Made by a program: the position numbers and the translations under genes
Shown here: positions 53,669-64,000 of the stretch, in pieces
Numbering within the stretch: the first letter of the stretch is position 1
How the letters are laid out: each line of letters begins with the position of its first letter
The notes under the pieces: generated by a model
Told to the model about the DNA's origin: nothing
Databases searched by the model: none
Seen by the model: only the letters and a program-made list of their open reading frames with translations
From: Malacoraja senta
Taxonomy: Eukaryota
Length of the DNA: 64,000 nucleotides
Reading direction: 5' to 3'
Assembly (NCBI GenBank): GCA_038087875.1
Contig: CM075993.1
Coordinates: 12,030,001-12,094,000, forward strand

Positions 53669-55107
53669 TAAAGAATGAACTGCAGATGCTGGAAAATCGA
53701 AGGTACACGAAAATGCTGGAGAAACTCAGCGGGTGCAGCAGCATCTATGGAGCGAAGGAAATAGGCAACGTTTCGGGCCAAAACCCTTCTTCAGACTGAT
53801 AGGGGGTGGGGAGAAGAAAGGAAAAAAGGAAAAAAGGCGGAGGAGGAGCCCGAGGGCTGAGGGATGGGAGGAGACAACCAGAGGGCTGATGAAGGGGAGG
53901 GGACAGCAAGGGCTAGCAGAATTGGGAGAATTCAATGTTCATGCCCCCAGGATGTAGACTGCCCAAGTGCAGGTGCATTTCCTCCAATTTTCGGTGCATT
54001 TGAGGTGCATTTCCTCCAATTTTCGGTGTTGCTCGCTGTGGCCATGGAGGAGACCCAGGACACTTCTACACTTCTTCCCACCCTGCTTCCTGTAAGGACT
54101 CCATCCCCCACTCCCAATTCCTCCATCTACGCCGCATCTGCTCCCAGGATGAGGCGTTCCACACCAGGGCGTCCGAAATGTCCTCATTCTTCAGGGAACG
54201 TGGGTTCCCCTCCTCCAACATAGATGAGGCTCGCACCAGGGTCTCTGCCATACCCCGCAACACTGCTCTCTCTCCCCATCCCCCCACTCACAACAAGGGC
54301 AGAGTCCCCCTATTCCTTACCTTTCACCCCACCATCCGTCACATACAACAAGTGATCCTCCGTCAGTTTCGCCACCTCCAACGTGACCCCACCACTCGCC
54401 ACATCTTCCCATCTCCCCCTATGTCTGCCTTCCGCAAAGACCGCTCCCTCCGTAACTCCCTTGTCAATTCTTCCCTTCCCTCCCATACCACCCCCTCCCC
54501 GGGTACTTTCCCTTGCAACCGCAAGAGATGCAACACTTGTCCCTTCACCTCCCCCCTCGACTCCATTCAAGGACCTAAGCAGTCGTTCCAGGTGCGACAA
54601 ACCTGCATCTCCTCAAACCTCATCTATTGCATCCGCTGCTCTAGATGTCAGCTGATCTACATCGGTGAGACCAAGCGGAGGCTTGGCGATCGTTTCGCCG
54701 AACACCTCCGGTCGGTCCGCAATAACCAACCTGACCTCCCGGTGGCTCAGCACTTCAACTCCCCCTCCCATTCCGTATCTGACCTCTCTGTCCTGGGTCT
54801 CCTCCATGCCACAGCGAGCAACACCGGAAATTGGAGGAAATGCACTTCATATTCCGCTTGGGCAGTCTACATCCTGGGGGCATGAACATTGAATTCTCCC
54901 AATTCTGCTAGCCCTTGCTGTCCCCTCCCCTTCATCAGCCCTCTGGTTGTCTCCTCCCCTCCCCCAGCCCTCGGGCTCCTTCTCCACCTTTTTTCCTTCT
55001 TCTCCCCACCCCCTATCAGTCTGAAGGGTTTGGCCCGAAACGTTGCCTATTTCCTTCGCTCCATAGATGCTGCTGCACCCGCTGAGTTTCTCCAGCATTT
55101 TTGTGTA
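53669..55107 (+). mobile_element. Penelope-like element with an inverted 3'-end duplicate at its 5' side
   Basis: ORF 54178..54885 (thumb/linker CxxxxCxxC + GIY-YIG); ~53702-54060 is the reverse complement of ~54790-55107; 14-bp TSD CCAGCATTTTGTGT. Confidence 0.9.
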
Positions 55108-56394
55108 CCAGCATTTTGTGTCTGTCTCCGGGATGAGATGGCCCTCCAAGGAGCAGAATGGCTGACACCTGTTGAGATTTGTAAGGAGATCACCTCTCTC
55201 CAACATACAAGATTTGAGAAGGGTTGAAGGTCTAGATATTGAGGACATCCAGGAAGCATGGCATCAGGATAAGAGGTCAGGCATTTAAAACTGAAAGGAG
55301 GAGAAATGTATTTACTCAGATGATTGCACATTTTATATCCCAGTCAAAGTCAGGATCAACAGACTTTTCAACACACAAAATGAATCAAGAAAGGGGACTT
55401 AAAGTATCATTGAACAAGGTGGAGGGTGGAGGAGATATCAAGACTTTATTGAATACAAGTCGGTGCGGGTTTGGAGGGATGATAACATTTGTATTATCTG
55501 TAGTTCAGATGAGATCCTGTATATAATGCACCATCCTCATATTTAACCCATTTCCTGTATCATGTTTTAAAAAACAATCTTCACTGCGATAAATTTCAGT
55601 AGAATATTCTCAAACAGTTCTTCAATCGATGACTGAATGCAAATGTCAACAAGTAAATTTCACAATGGACCAACTGGTGTCTGAGATGTAAAATAAGCTT
55701 ATAAACTGAAACACAGAATTTAACAGAAGTTATTCATTCCCCATTTCCGTTTGTATTTTATACCTCAAAGCTTCATCTCAACATCTTTAGGTTAATAGCT
55801 GAAGTTCTTAAACCACAATCTGACTTTGGAACATGTGCAAACCTCATACTCACCCCCCGCCCCACTCCCTCCCCATCCCAAACTCTGCACCCGCCAACTT
55901 GACACAGACCCTCCCCAACCCCAGCACCACTGCCCCAGCCTCCTTCCCCCCTACTCACCCCTTTCCACCAACCCTCGCCACCCACCCCCCACTTCTCCTC
56001 CGTTGGCCCTTCCTCCTACCACTCTACACCCTTCCAACCATTCATACCATCCTCTACCCTGCCACATCCTTCTCCTTTCCCCTCCCACCTCAAACCCCTT
56101 CTCCTCCTACCTCCATCACCCCTCCACCACTCTCCCTTCCCCATTCTACCCTCCTTCCTCCCCCACTCCTCCCCATCCTATCTGCCCCCCCACCACCCTA
56201 TCTCCCCCTCCTCCTCCTACCATCCATCCCCTCTCCCACCATCCTCCCTAAATCCTCCTACCACCCTCCTCCCCCTCCCTATAATCCTCATCTCCACCAC
56301 CCTTCCCTCTCCTACCACCCGCCACCCACCTCCCCACATCTCCTACCTATCTCTCTCCCCCAACCCCCTTCCTCCTACCTCTCTCCTCTGCTCC

Positions 56395-57450
56395 CAGCCT
56401 CCCCCCTCCTGTACTGTCACTCTCCTGTCACCCCCCTTCCTGTCACCCCCTCCCCCCTCCTGTACTGTCACCTGTCACCCCTCCCCCTCCTGTCACCCCT
56501 CCCCCCTCCTGTACTGTTACCTGTCACCCCCTCCCCCCTCCTGTCACCCCTCCCCCCTCCTGTACTGTCACCTGTCACCCCTCCCCCTCCTGTCACCCCC
56601 TCCCCCCTCCTGTACTGTCATCCTCCTGTCACCCCTCCCCCCTCCTGTCACCCCCTCCCCCCTCCTGTACTGTCATCCTCCTGTCACCCCTGCCCCCTCC
56701 TGTCACCTCCCCCCTCCTGTCACCCTCATGTCACCCCTGCCCCCTCCTGTCACCCTCCCCCCTCCTGTCACCCTCATGTCACCCTCACCCTCCTGCCACC
56801 CTCCCCCCTCCTGTCACCCTCCCCCTCCTGTCACCCCTGCCCCCTCCTGTCACCCTCCCCCCTCCTGTCACCCTCATGTCACCCCTCACCCTCCTGTCAC
56901 CCTCCCCCCTCCTGTCACCCTCCCCCTCCTGTCACCCCTCCCCCTCCTCACCCTCCCCCCTCCTGTCACCCTCCCCCTCCTGTCACCCCCCTCACCCTCC
57001 CCCCTCCTGTCACCCCCTTCACCCTCCCCCCTCCTGTCACCCCCTTCACCCTCCCCCTCCTGTCACCCCCTTCACCCTCCCCCCTCCTGTCCCCCCCTCC
57101 CCCTCCCCCCTCCTGTCACCCTCCCCCCTCCCCCCTCCTGTCACCCTCCCCCCTCCCCCCTCCTGTCACCCTCCCCCCTCCCCCCTCCTGTCACCCTCCC
57201 CCCTCCCCCCTCCTGTCACCCTCCCCCCTCCCCCCTCCTGTCACCCTCCCCCCTCCTGTCACCCTCCCCCCTCCCCCTCCTGTCACCCTCCCCCCTCCTG
57301 TCACCCTCCCCCTCCCCCCTCCTGTCACCCTCCCCCCTCCTGTCACCCTCCCCCCTCCCCCTCCTGTCACCCTCCCCCCTCCCCCCTCCTGTCACCCTCC
57401 CCCTCCCCCCTCCTGTCACCCTCCCCCTCCCCCCTCCTGTCACCCTCCCC
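56395..57450. repeat. C-rich minisatellite (CCCCTCCTGTCACCCT variants) in intron 1
   Basis: Dozens of CTGTCAC cores separated by C runs; preceded by a C/T-rich low-complexity tract at ~55850-56395. Confidence 0.95.
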
Positions 57451-57659
57451 CATCTCTCACTCCGCAGTTCGGTCCCGGGCCGGGCCCAGCCGGACAGTTG
57501 GATCCGGGGAGCGGGGCCGCCGACAGCCGGGGCTGGGGCCGGGGAGGAGGTGAGGCCGGGGGTTGGGTTGGGGCAGAGTGTGGGTGAGGAGGGGATGGGT
57601 GAGGAGGGTGTGGGGGGGTGGGGGTGTGTGTGTGTGTGTGGGGGGGGGGGCGGTGTTAC

Positions 57660-57759
57660 CTCCCCAGATGCTGAGCTTGAGCTGCGACTTGTCCAGATTC
57701 TCCACATAATCCCCCAGGAAGCGGTTGAGCAGCTCGGCCACCAGCGACTCAAACACCAT
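57660..57759 (-). CDS. VPS13C: VPS13C coding exon 1 ([34 protein letters not shown]), chorein-N domain start
   Basis: ATG at 57759, 100 nt, donor G|GTAAC. The peptide closely matches the recalled vertebrate VPS13C N-terminus ([34 protein letters not shown]) and fits it better than VPS13A. Confidence 0.96.
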
Positions 57760-57770
57760 CGCTCCCGCCG

Positions 57771-57952
57771 CCTGTGCGCGCTCCCGTCACTGTGCGCGCC
57801 CCCGTCACTGTGCGCGCCCCCGTCACTGTGCGCGCCCCGAAACAGCCCCACGCTCCCCCGTCACTGTGCGCGCCCCGTCACTGTGCGCGCCCCGAACCCG
57901 TCACTGTGCGCGCCCCCGAAACAGCCCACGCTCCCGTCACTGTGCGCGCTCC
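57771..57952. repeat. ~18-bp tandem repeat (CCCGTCACTGTGCGCGC) just upstream of the VPS13C ATG
   Basis: About 7 full units plus a partial one, interrupted by GAAACAGCCC(C)ACG inserts. Confidence 0.9.
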
Positions 57953-59057
57953 CGAGCCAGTCCCGCGCTTCCAGGCGCGCCCCCGCTGCAAGCTGTCATG
58001 GCAAGTGTGTGAGGTTCAGCCCCCAGTACCAGTCTGCCTCCAACTCTCATCAGTTACCCAGGATTATAAAACAACACGGATGAAACATAGATTACAGATG
58101 CAGGATTAGGCCATTCGGCCCTTCGAGACAGCACCGCCATTCAATATGATCATGGCTGATCATCCTGAATCACCCGTTCTCCCTTTCTCCCCATATCCCT
58201 TGATTCCGTTAGCCCCAAGAGCTAAGTCTAACTCTCTCTTGAAAACATCCAGTGAATCGGCCTCCACTGCCTTCTAAGGCAGAGAATTCCACAGATTCAC
58301 AACTCTGGGTGAAAACGTTTTTCTTCATCTCCGTCCTAAATGGCCTACCCCTTATAAGTGAATTCGGTATTCCAAAAAACGCAGGGAATCATGAGATTTG
58401 TCAAAGGTCATCTCTATTCTACTAAAACTCTTCCCTTTGTTCTCAACATCCTAAATGTCTGTGTCAGCCAGGGTTGTGTTGGCTTTCTTTTAATCTCCTT
58501 AATTTATATCTTCTTCCAAACGCTAGGCCACAGCCTTCCCGTTTTCACACATTCTACTCACATTTTTCCCCATGACGGGATAGACAGCTTCCCGTCGCAT
58601 TCCAACCTATATTTCCGAAGTTTTTAAAGTTTTAATTGTATATTTCAATTAACTGCTTCTCAGTGGGAGACTCTTGCAGTGACATTGATGATGTCACAGT
58701 GCCATCTCACCGACGTACAATCACAATGGATCTCATTTACAAATGACATCACAGTGGGACAGGGGTGGGAGATTGCAACCTTCACGTGGTCCCACCAATG
58801 CAATCAACCTGGCGTGCACAATCAAATAAGATCAAATAGAACAAGTTGTCCTCCCCCTCCCTCTCTAACCGCCTCCCTCTCTACCCCCCCTTCCCTGTCT
58901 ACAATCCCTCTCACCTCCCTCTTTACTCCCCTCCCTCTCCCTCTCTACCCCCTCACCCTCCCTCTCTACCCCCTCCCTCTCTGCCCCACCTCCCTCTCTA
59001 CCACCCCTCCTTCTCTAAACCCCCTCCCTCTCTACACCCCTCACCCTCCCTCTCTAC

Positions 59058-59199
59058 TGTAATGTATTCATGCATATTCATGTATATGCTAATGAGTTGG
59101 TGTTGTATATAAGTAGGGAATATTGGGTAATAAATCTCTCTCGTGATCCAGGCAGCCTGCGTGTAAGTTGTTATTCATTCTGCTGTCCGGAATATAACA
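59058..59199 (+). repeat. 5' LTR of the Gypsy element (142 bp) followed by PBS TGGCGACGA at 59204
   Basis: TGTAAT...ATAACA ends, TATATAA (~59106) and AATAAA (~59129), TGG-initiated PBS 4 nt downstream. Confidence 0.8.
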
Positions 59200-59334
59200 A
59201 AATTGGCGACGATGATGGGATAGAGTTTGTGAACTCATCCTTTAAATACAGTGCAGTATTGTTTAACAGTTTAAACAGTAAATACGGAGTTGTGTCGCAG
59301 TTGTTTGTGAGCTGGACTCGAGAGGCCACAGATC

Positions 59335-60522
59335 CTTACCTTCAGCGGCGCTGCAGTTCCGTCACTGCCCGTGTGCGCGACTTTGGCGCCTTTGAGAGGG
59401 GGGCGGGTTTAAAATGCGATTTTTCGGCATCCTGTTCTAAACGATCTTGAACAGGCTAAATAGTTGATGAAGAAAAATCGCTTTGACTGCCGTTTTATTA
59501 AGTTTATTAAAATTAGCGCTTTATAATTTAATTGTTGGAGTAAAATTAAAATCATCTTCAAATGCCGTCAACGCCGATAACGGGTCGGATTTCACGCACG
59601 GGACAAGGTAAGGTACACCATTTATTTTTTCATATAAACTTGCTTCTTAGGATGCCTTTAATAAAAATTTCAAGTTGCGAAAATGTGATTATTTAAATAT
59701 ACCAACCGGCAGTATTTTTCCCGCCGATATTGGGGTTTAATTCAGTGCAACCACAGCGTTCCAAACCAGCGCGTTCCACAAAATCCCACTCGCAAGATGA
59801 TCTAAATGGCCATTAATTTACAGGAATTAAACACTAAATTCCTTCCATTTGGCCTATAAATTAATGACAATGAGATTTAAAAATAATGTTATATTGTGAA
59901 TTCTTGTGTGAATGTTATTTGGACACTTAGGCTTTTTAAAAATGTTAACTTTTTCTTAAGAAATGGATAGATATTTAGATCTAGTAATTGAATTTTGTAA
60001 TTAGCTACAATTGGGTAACTAACTAATTATATGATTGTTTCAGATTTGTTTCAGAATGCTTCAATCTATAATAACTGAAATTTTCATTAAGTTCTCTTAA
60101 TTTTTAAGAAAGTTATGGGCTTTTGACTGTCCTTCTTCTTCTTATCGAGTCCACACACAAGGTTAGAAGTTGTTCAGCCAGAGCTGAACACACTTCTCGG
60201 CATCTGCATACAATGGTGTCTGTCTTGTCGCTTCTTGTGCTTCTTGTGCCTGGTGGTGGAAAGATTGGTGGAAACAGGGCCGCGACATGAACGCTCTTTC
60301 CTTGACCCCTGACTGTCCTTGATCACAGCTTTTGTGTTAAGTCAATGGAAAAGCAATAGGGAACAAGATGCTAATTTCCAAGTATGAAAATGGCCATAAC
60401 TTTTTTAATACTGAAGATATGAAAGTGAATTAGGTGTCAAATTAAACTTCTTTTTATGCTTTATCTGATGGGATAAATTGCAGACTTGATTTGTTAAATC
60501 TCAAAATTTTGTAACATTGCTA
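59335..60522 (+). mobile_element. Same DNA transposon, copy 2 (left TIR lost), inside Gypsy gag
   Basis: Colinear with copy 1 from CTTACCTTCAGCGGCGCTGCAG to GTAACATTGCTA; carries a 175-bp insert. Confidence 0.88.
60135..60309 (-). mobile_element. 5'-truncated non-LTR retroelement with (AAG)n tail
   Basis: 11-bp TSD TGACTGTCCTT (60124-34 / 60310-20); minus strand ends GGACTCGATAAGAAGAAGAAG; family uncertain (Vingi/RTE-like tail). Confidence 0.75.
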
Positions 60523-60569
60523 ATCAATGAGTACATTGTTGCCTTGAAAAACTTAACTGTGCACTGTAA

Positions 60570-61155
60570 AAGGCCTGTCTCACGAATCTGCGGTCATTGG
60601 CGGCGAAACGGGAAGAATCTGCCGCCATAGACCGCGCACTCGTGAGAACGTACAATTCCCGGGCCGTGTGGCGGTGTTCCCAACACCGCGCGGTGCTAAA
60701 ATAAAACCGACAATGTCGAAAACACTATACTCACCGCACAACCTCCACCAGTGATGCACAAGTGCGGCACGGCCGCTCGCACGGGCCGCCGCCAGTGTGG
60801 GTCGAGCGCCGTGCGTCAAACCTCCTCTGCCACAGCCGCCGCCAGTGAGGCACGTGCCGCCGCCAGTGAGGCACGTGTGCTGCGCGGCCGCAGTCACAAC
60901 CACCGCTACAGCGCCGCGATCAGGATGGCCGCCGCCACAGCCGCCGCTGGTGTGTCACGTGCGGCGGCGGCTGTGCTTTTTTTACTTACCGCAAGCACGT
61001 GGGACCCGCCGTGTTTGAATTAACTCGGCCCCCGCGCAACATCCGTGCGGCACTCCGGTGGATAGGCTCGACGCTCTCGCCGTTGCCGCGCGGTCCTCGC
61101 TACCGGCGACGCCGCGCTTTACCGCCGATGACCGCAAACAGGTAAGACAGAGCCT
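60570..61155. mobile_element. GC-rich PIF/Harbinger-like MITE inserted in Gypsy gag
   Basis: TAA TSD; imperfect TIR (AAGGCCTGTCTCAC / GTAAGACAGAGCCT) plus a subterminal inverted match TGCGGTCATTGGCGG; excision restores gag H-C-N-F-G. Confidence 0.82.
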
Positions 61156-61758
61156 TAACTTTGGAACCTTTCTCGGATGCGCACTACGCAACAGATTTGT
61201 TTGTGGTCTAGTGGATGAACGAATTCAGTCCAAACTCATGAACACTCCAGATCTTACATTCGAGAAAGCATGCAAGATTGCAACCACAATGGAGATAGCA
61301 TCAAAGAATGCTCACGAGTTTCGCCCACCACGAACTGCAAGTGGCCGTTTACAGTCACAAGGCAGTGCCAATGGCCAAACCAAGAGGCGCTAAACCAAAA
61401 CCAAAGTATGGTGGGGAGCCGAATTCAGCCAGTTGTTATCGTTGCAACGGTAATCACTCATCCCAGTTTTGTCAGTTCAAAATGGCTAAGTGCTATAACT
61501 GCCAGAAGAAAGGCCATATCGCCTCAGCATGTCGGGCCAAGCTTAAAACAGGAAACCAACAATCTGCGGGAATCAAGCAACAACACCAGAGAGGACACAC
61601 AACTTGGAGGTGAACCCAGATGGAAATGAACTTGGGTTGTACACCATTTATGCAACCAACATCGATAAGCCTACAACCAGCCAAGGCAAGGACTTTCAAA
61701 ATAAACTACTGATTAATGAACAGTTAATCAATATGTGTATTGACATGGCAGCAGATTG

Positions 61759-62709
61759 TAGCAATGTTACAAAATTTTGAGATTTAAAAAATAAAGTCTG
61801 CAATTTATCCCATCAGATAAATCATAAAAAGAAGTTTATGCTTTTCCATTGACTTAACAAAAGCTGTGATCAAGGACAGTTAAAAGCCCATAACTTGCTT
61901 AAAAATTAAGATAACTGAAAGAAATTTTCAGTTATTATAGATTGAAGCATTCTGAAACAAATATGAAAAATCTTACTTAGAAGACATGAAAGTAAAGCAT
62001 ATAATTAGTTAGTTACCTGATTGTAGCTAATTACAAAATTCAATTACTAGATCTAAACATCTATCAATTTCTTAAGAATAGATTAACATTTTTAAATAGC
62101 CTAAGTGTCCAAATAACATTCACACAATAATTCACAATATAACATAATTTTTAAATCTCATTTTCATGAATTTACAGGCCAAATGGAAGGAATTGAATGT
62201 TTAATACCTGTAAATTAATGGGCATTTAAATCATCTTGCGAGTGAGGATTTCTGGAACGCGATCTTTTGGAACGTTCATTTGTGGTGAATTTAACCCCGT
62301 ATTGGCATGAAAAACTCTGCCGTTAGTTCGGGGAATATAATCACCGTTTCGCATGAAAAAATGTGAATTAAAGGCTTCTTAAGAAGCACTTTTATACATT
62401 TAAAGAAACCACTTTCGTTTACCTGTCCCGTGTGTGAAATCCGTCCCCGTTATCGGCGTTGACGCTTCAGGAGCTGCTTTTAAAATTACTCCAGCGCTGA
62501 CATTGACGATTTAATAAAAATAAAAAATGCACAAAACGCCCCTAGGAACGATTTTTCAGCAAACGCTTGTACTCCAACGAAATATAATTCAGGACAAGGT
62601 AGGAGAAACCCGCGTTTTAACCCCCACCCCCCTTAAAGGCGCCAAAATCGCGCGCACGGCCAGTGGCAGAATTACAGCGCGACTGAAGGTAAGTTTTGTA
62701 ACATACCTA
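61759..62709 (-). mobile_element. Same DNA transposon, copy 3, inserted in the Gypsy protease
   Basis: Both TIRs present; perfect 7-bp TSD CAGATTG (61752-58 / 62710-16). Confidence 0.92.
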
Positions 62710-64000
62710 CAGATTGCTCGGTCATGATCAAAGACCTGTACGAAACAAAGTTCCCACAGATACCATTGTTTGAGAGTAAGGTCAAGCTGAGAACCTACTC
62801 GGGCGAAGTTTTGGAGACTTGTGGACAAATGAACTGTAAAGTTCAGCATAATGGTCAGTCAGTAACACTGCCCATCATAGTGGCCAGCTACAGAAATAAA
62901 CCAACCCTCCTTGGAAAGGATTGAGTGAGTAGAATAGAATTAGACTGGAAGAACATTTTCAGCGTCAATTTGTCCAAATCACGTCTTGAAAACGTCATAA
63001 GCAAACATGCAAACATTTTTGCTGACAGTTACACGGGAATAACAGGGTACTCTGCACACATTCGACTTAAGCAAGATGTGAAACCTGTGTATTGTCGACC
63101 AAGACCTGTACCATATGCACTAAAGCAACAAGTGAAGGAAGAACTCGACAGGTTAGAGCGTAATGGTGTACTTGTGAAGACAGAACAGAGTAACTGGGCA
63201 ACGGCAATTGTGACTACCCAAGGCTGATAAAACTGTTCGACTATGTGGTGACTACAAAGTCACAATCAACCAAGCCGTTGATGATGAACAATATCCGTTA
63301 CCAACTTCGCAAGATCTGTACGCAGATCTTAGTCTTCACTAGAGTCTTCACTAAACTGGATTTGTCTCACGCTTATGCCCAACTCAATGTCGATAAGGAA
63401 AGTCAACAGTACTTGACTATCAACACACATAAGGTCTTGTATTCATATACAAAGCTGCCGTATGGTGTGAAATCCACCCCGAAAAATATCCAGTCTCTCA
63501 TGGACAAAATGTTACAAGGCATTCCACACTGTGTGCAACCAGGATGACCTACTGATATTCACAGAGGGCGTAGTAGAACATCTGGAAATCCTAAAGCAAG
63601 TTCTCACACGACTGAACTGCCACAATATCAAACTGCGTCAAGGTAAATGTGCATTTGCGCAGTCAGAGGTGGTCTACCTTGGACTCAAAGTAGACGCCAA
63701 CGGACTTCGCCCTGTGAAGGAGAAAGTGGAAGTAATAGTGAATGCTCCAAAACCCAACAATGTGTCAGAGCTACGATCATTCCTTGGGATGGGGCAGTTC
63801 TGTGCACGATTCCTTCCAGATTTAGCAACTGTGCTAAAGCCACTACATCATCTGCTAGAAAAAGATGTGAAATGGACGTGGGGAAAGGAACAGCAATGTG
63901 CATATGACATCTGCAAGGAAAACTTGACAAGTGACAAACTTCTTGTTCACTATGATACGACACGCGAGATGAAACTTGCTTGTGATGCTTCAAGTTATGG

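Larger units (their letters stand above)
57460..58000 (-). promoter_or_regulatory. CpG island / promoter-5'UTR of VPS13C
   Basis: Very GC- and CpG-rich stretch spanning exon 1 in an otherwise CpG-depleted window; TSS not determinable. Confidence 0.8.
59058..64000 (+). mobile_element. Gypsy LTR retrotransposon (Mag-like), decayed, runs off the window end
   Basis: Short LTR plus PBS; gag remnants (INEYIVALKNL..HCNFG, LRNRFVCGL, twin knuckles CYRCNGNH..C / CYNCQKKGHIASAC); protease; RT (CGDYK, KLDLSHAYAQL, LPYG, QDD); RNase H start (LACDASSYG). Confidence 0.93.

Noticed and set aside
476..57759. Assignment to VPS13A
   Set aside because: IWGG/NV.LDNL, EAVVATL and the exon 6-7 peptides fit VPS13C; VPS13A lacks that insertion
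57771..57952. CRISPR-like repeat/spacer appearance
   Set aside because: Units are mostly contiguous, the inserts repeat each other, the context is vertebrate, and there are no cas genes
55826..58083. Long Pro-rich ORFs (584, 451 and 225 aa) on the + strand
   Set aside because: Open only because the C-rich minisatellite lacks stop codons; antisense to VPS13C intron 1/exon 1, with no domain signature

Overview
Eukaryotic, repeat-rich genomic DNA, most likely from a cartilaginous fish (skate/ray/shark; inferred from HE1/V-SINE-like and HER1/CR1-like repeats). One host gene is present: the 5' part of VPS13C on the minus strand. Coding exons 1-9 were reconstructed by hand (678 nt, 226 aa, all GT-AG, phases compatible), including two small frame-preserving exons (6 and 7) that are alternatively spliced in mammals. 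The ATG is at 57759, in a CpG island with an 18-bp tandem repeat immediately upstream and a G-rich minisatellite in intron 1. The introns are filled with CR1, Rex1/Babar and L2 LINE fragments, V-SINEs, a decayed Tc1, MITEs and Penelope-like (GIY-YIG) elements. Upstream lies a divergent Gypsy LTR element carrying four nested insertions. The most notable hidden structure is a family of about 20 short Penelope-terminus-derived elements. They start at a minimal hammerhead ribozyme motif (CTGAAGA-stem II-GAAACGTC), several have their own target-site duplications, and several form fold-back palindromes. A ~1-kb non-autonomous DNA transposon with 7-bp TSDs is also present, and two of its copies are hit at the same internal site by unrelated retroelements. 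All calls are by-eye; no searches or folding were run.
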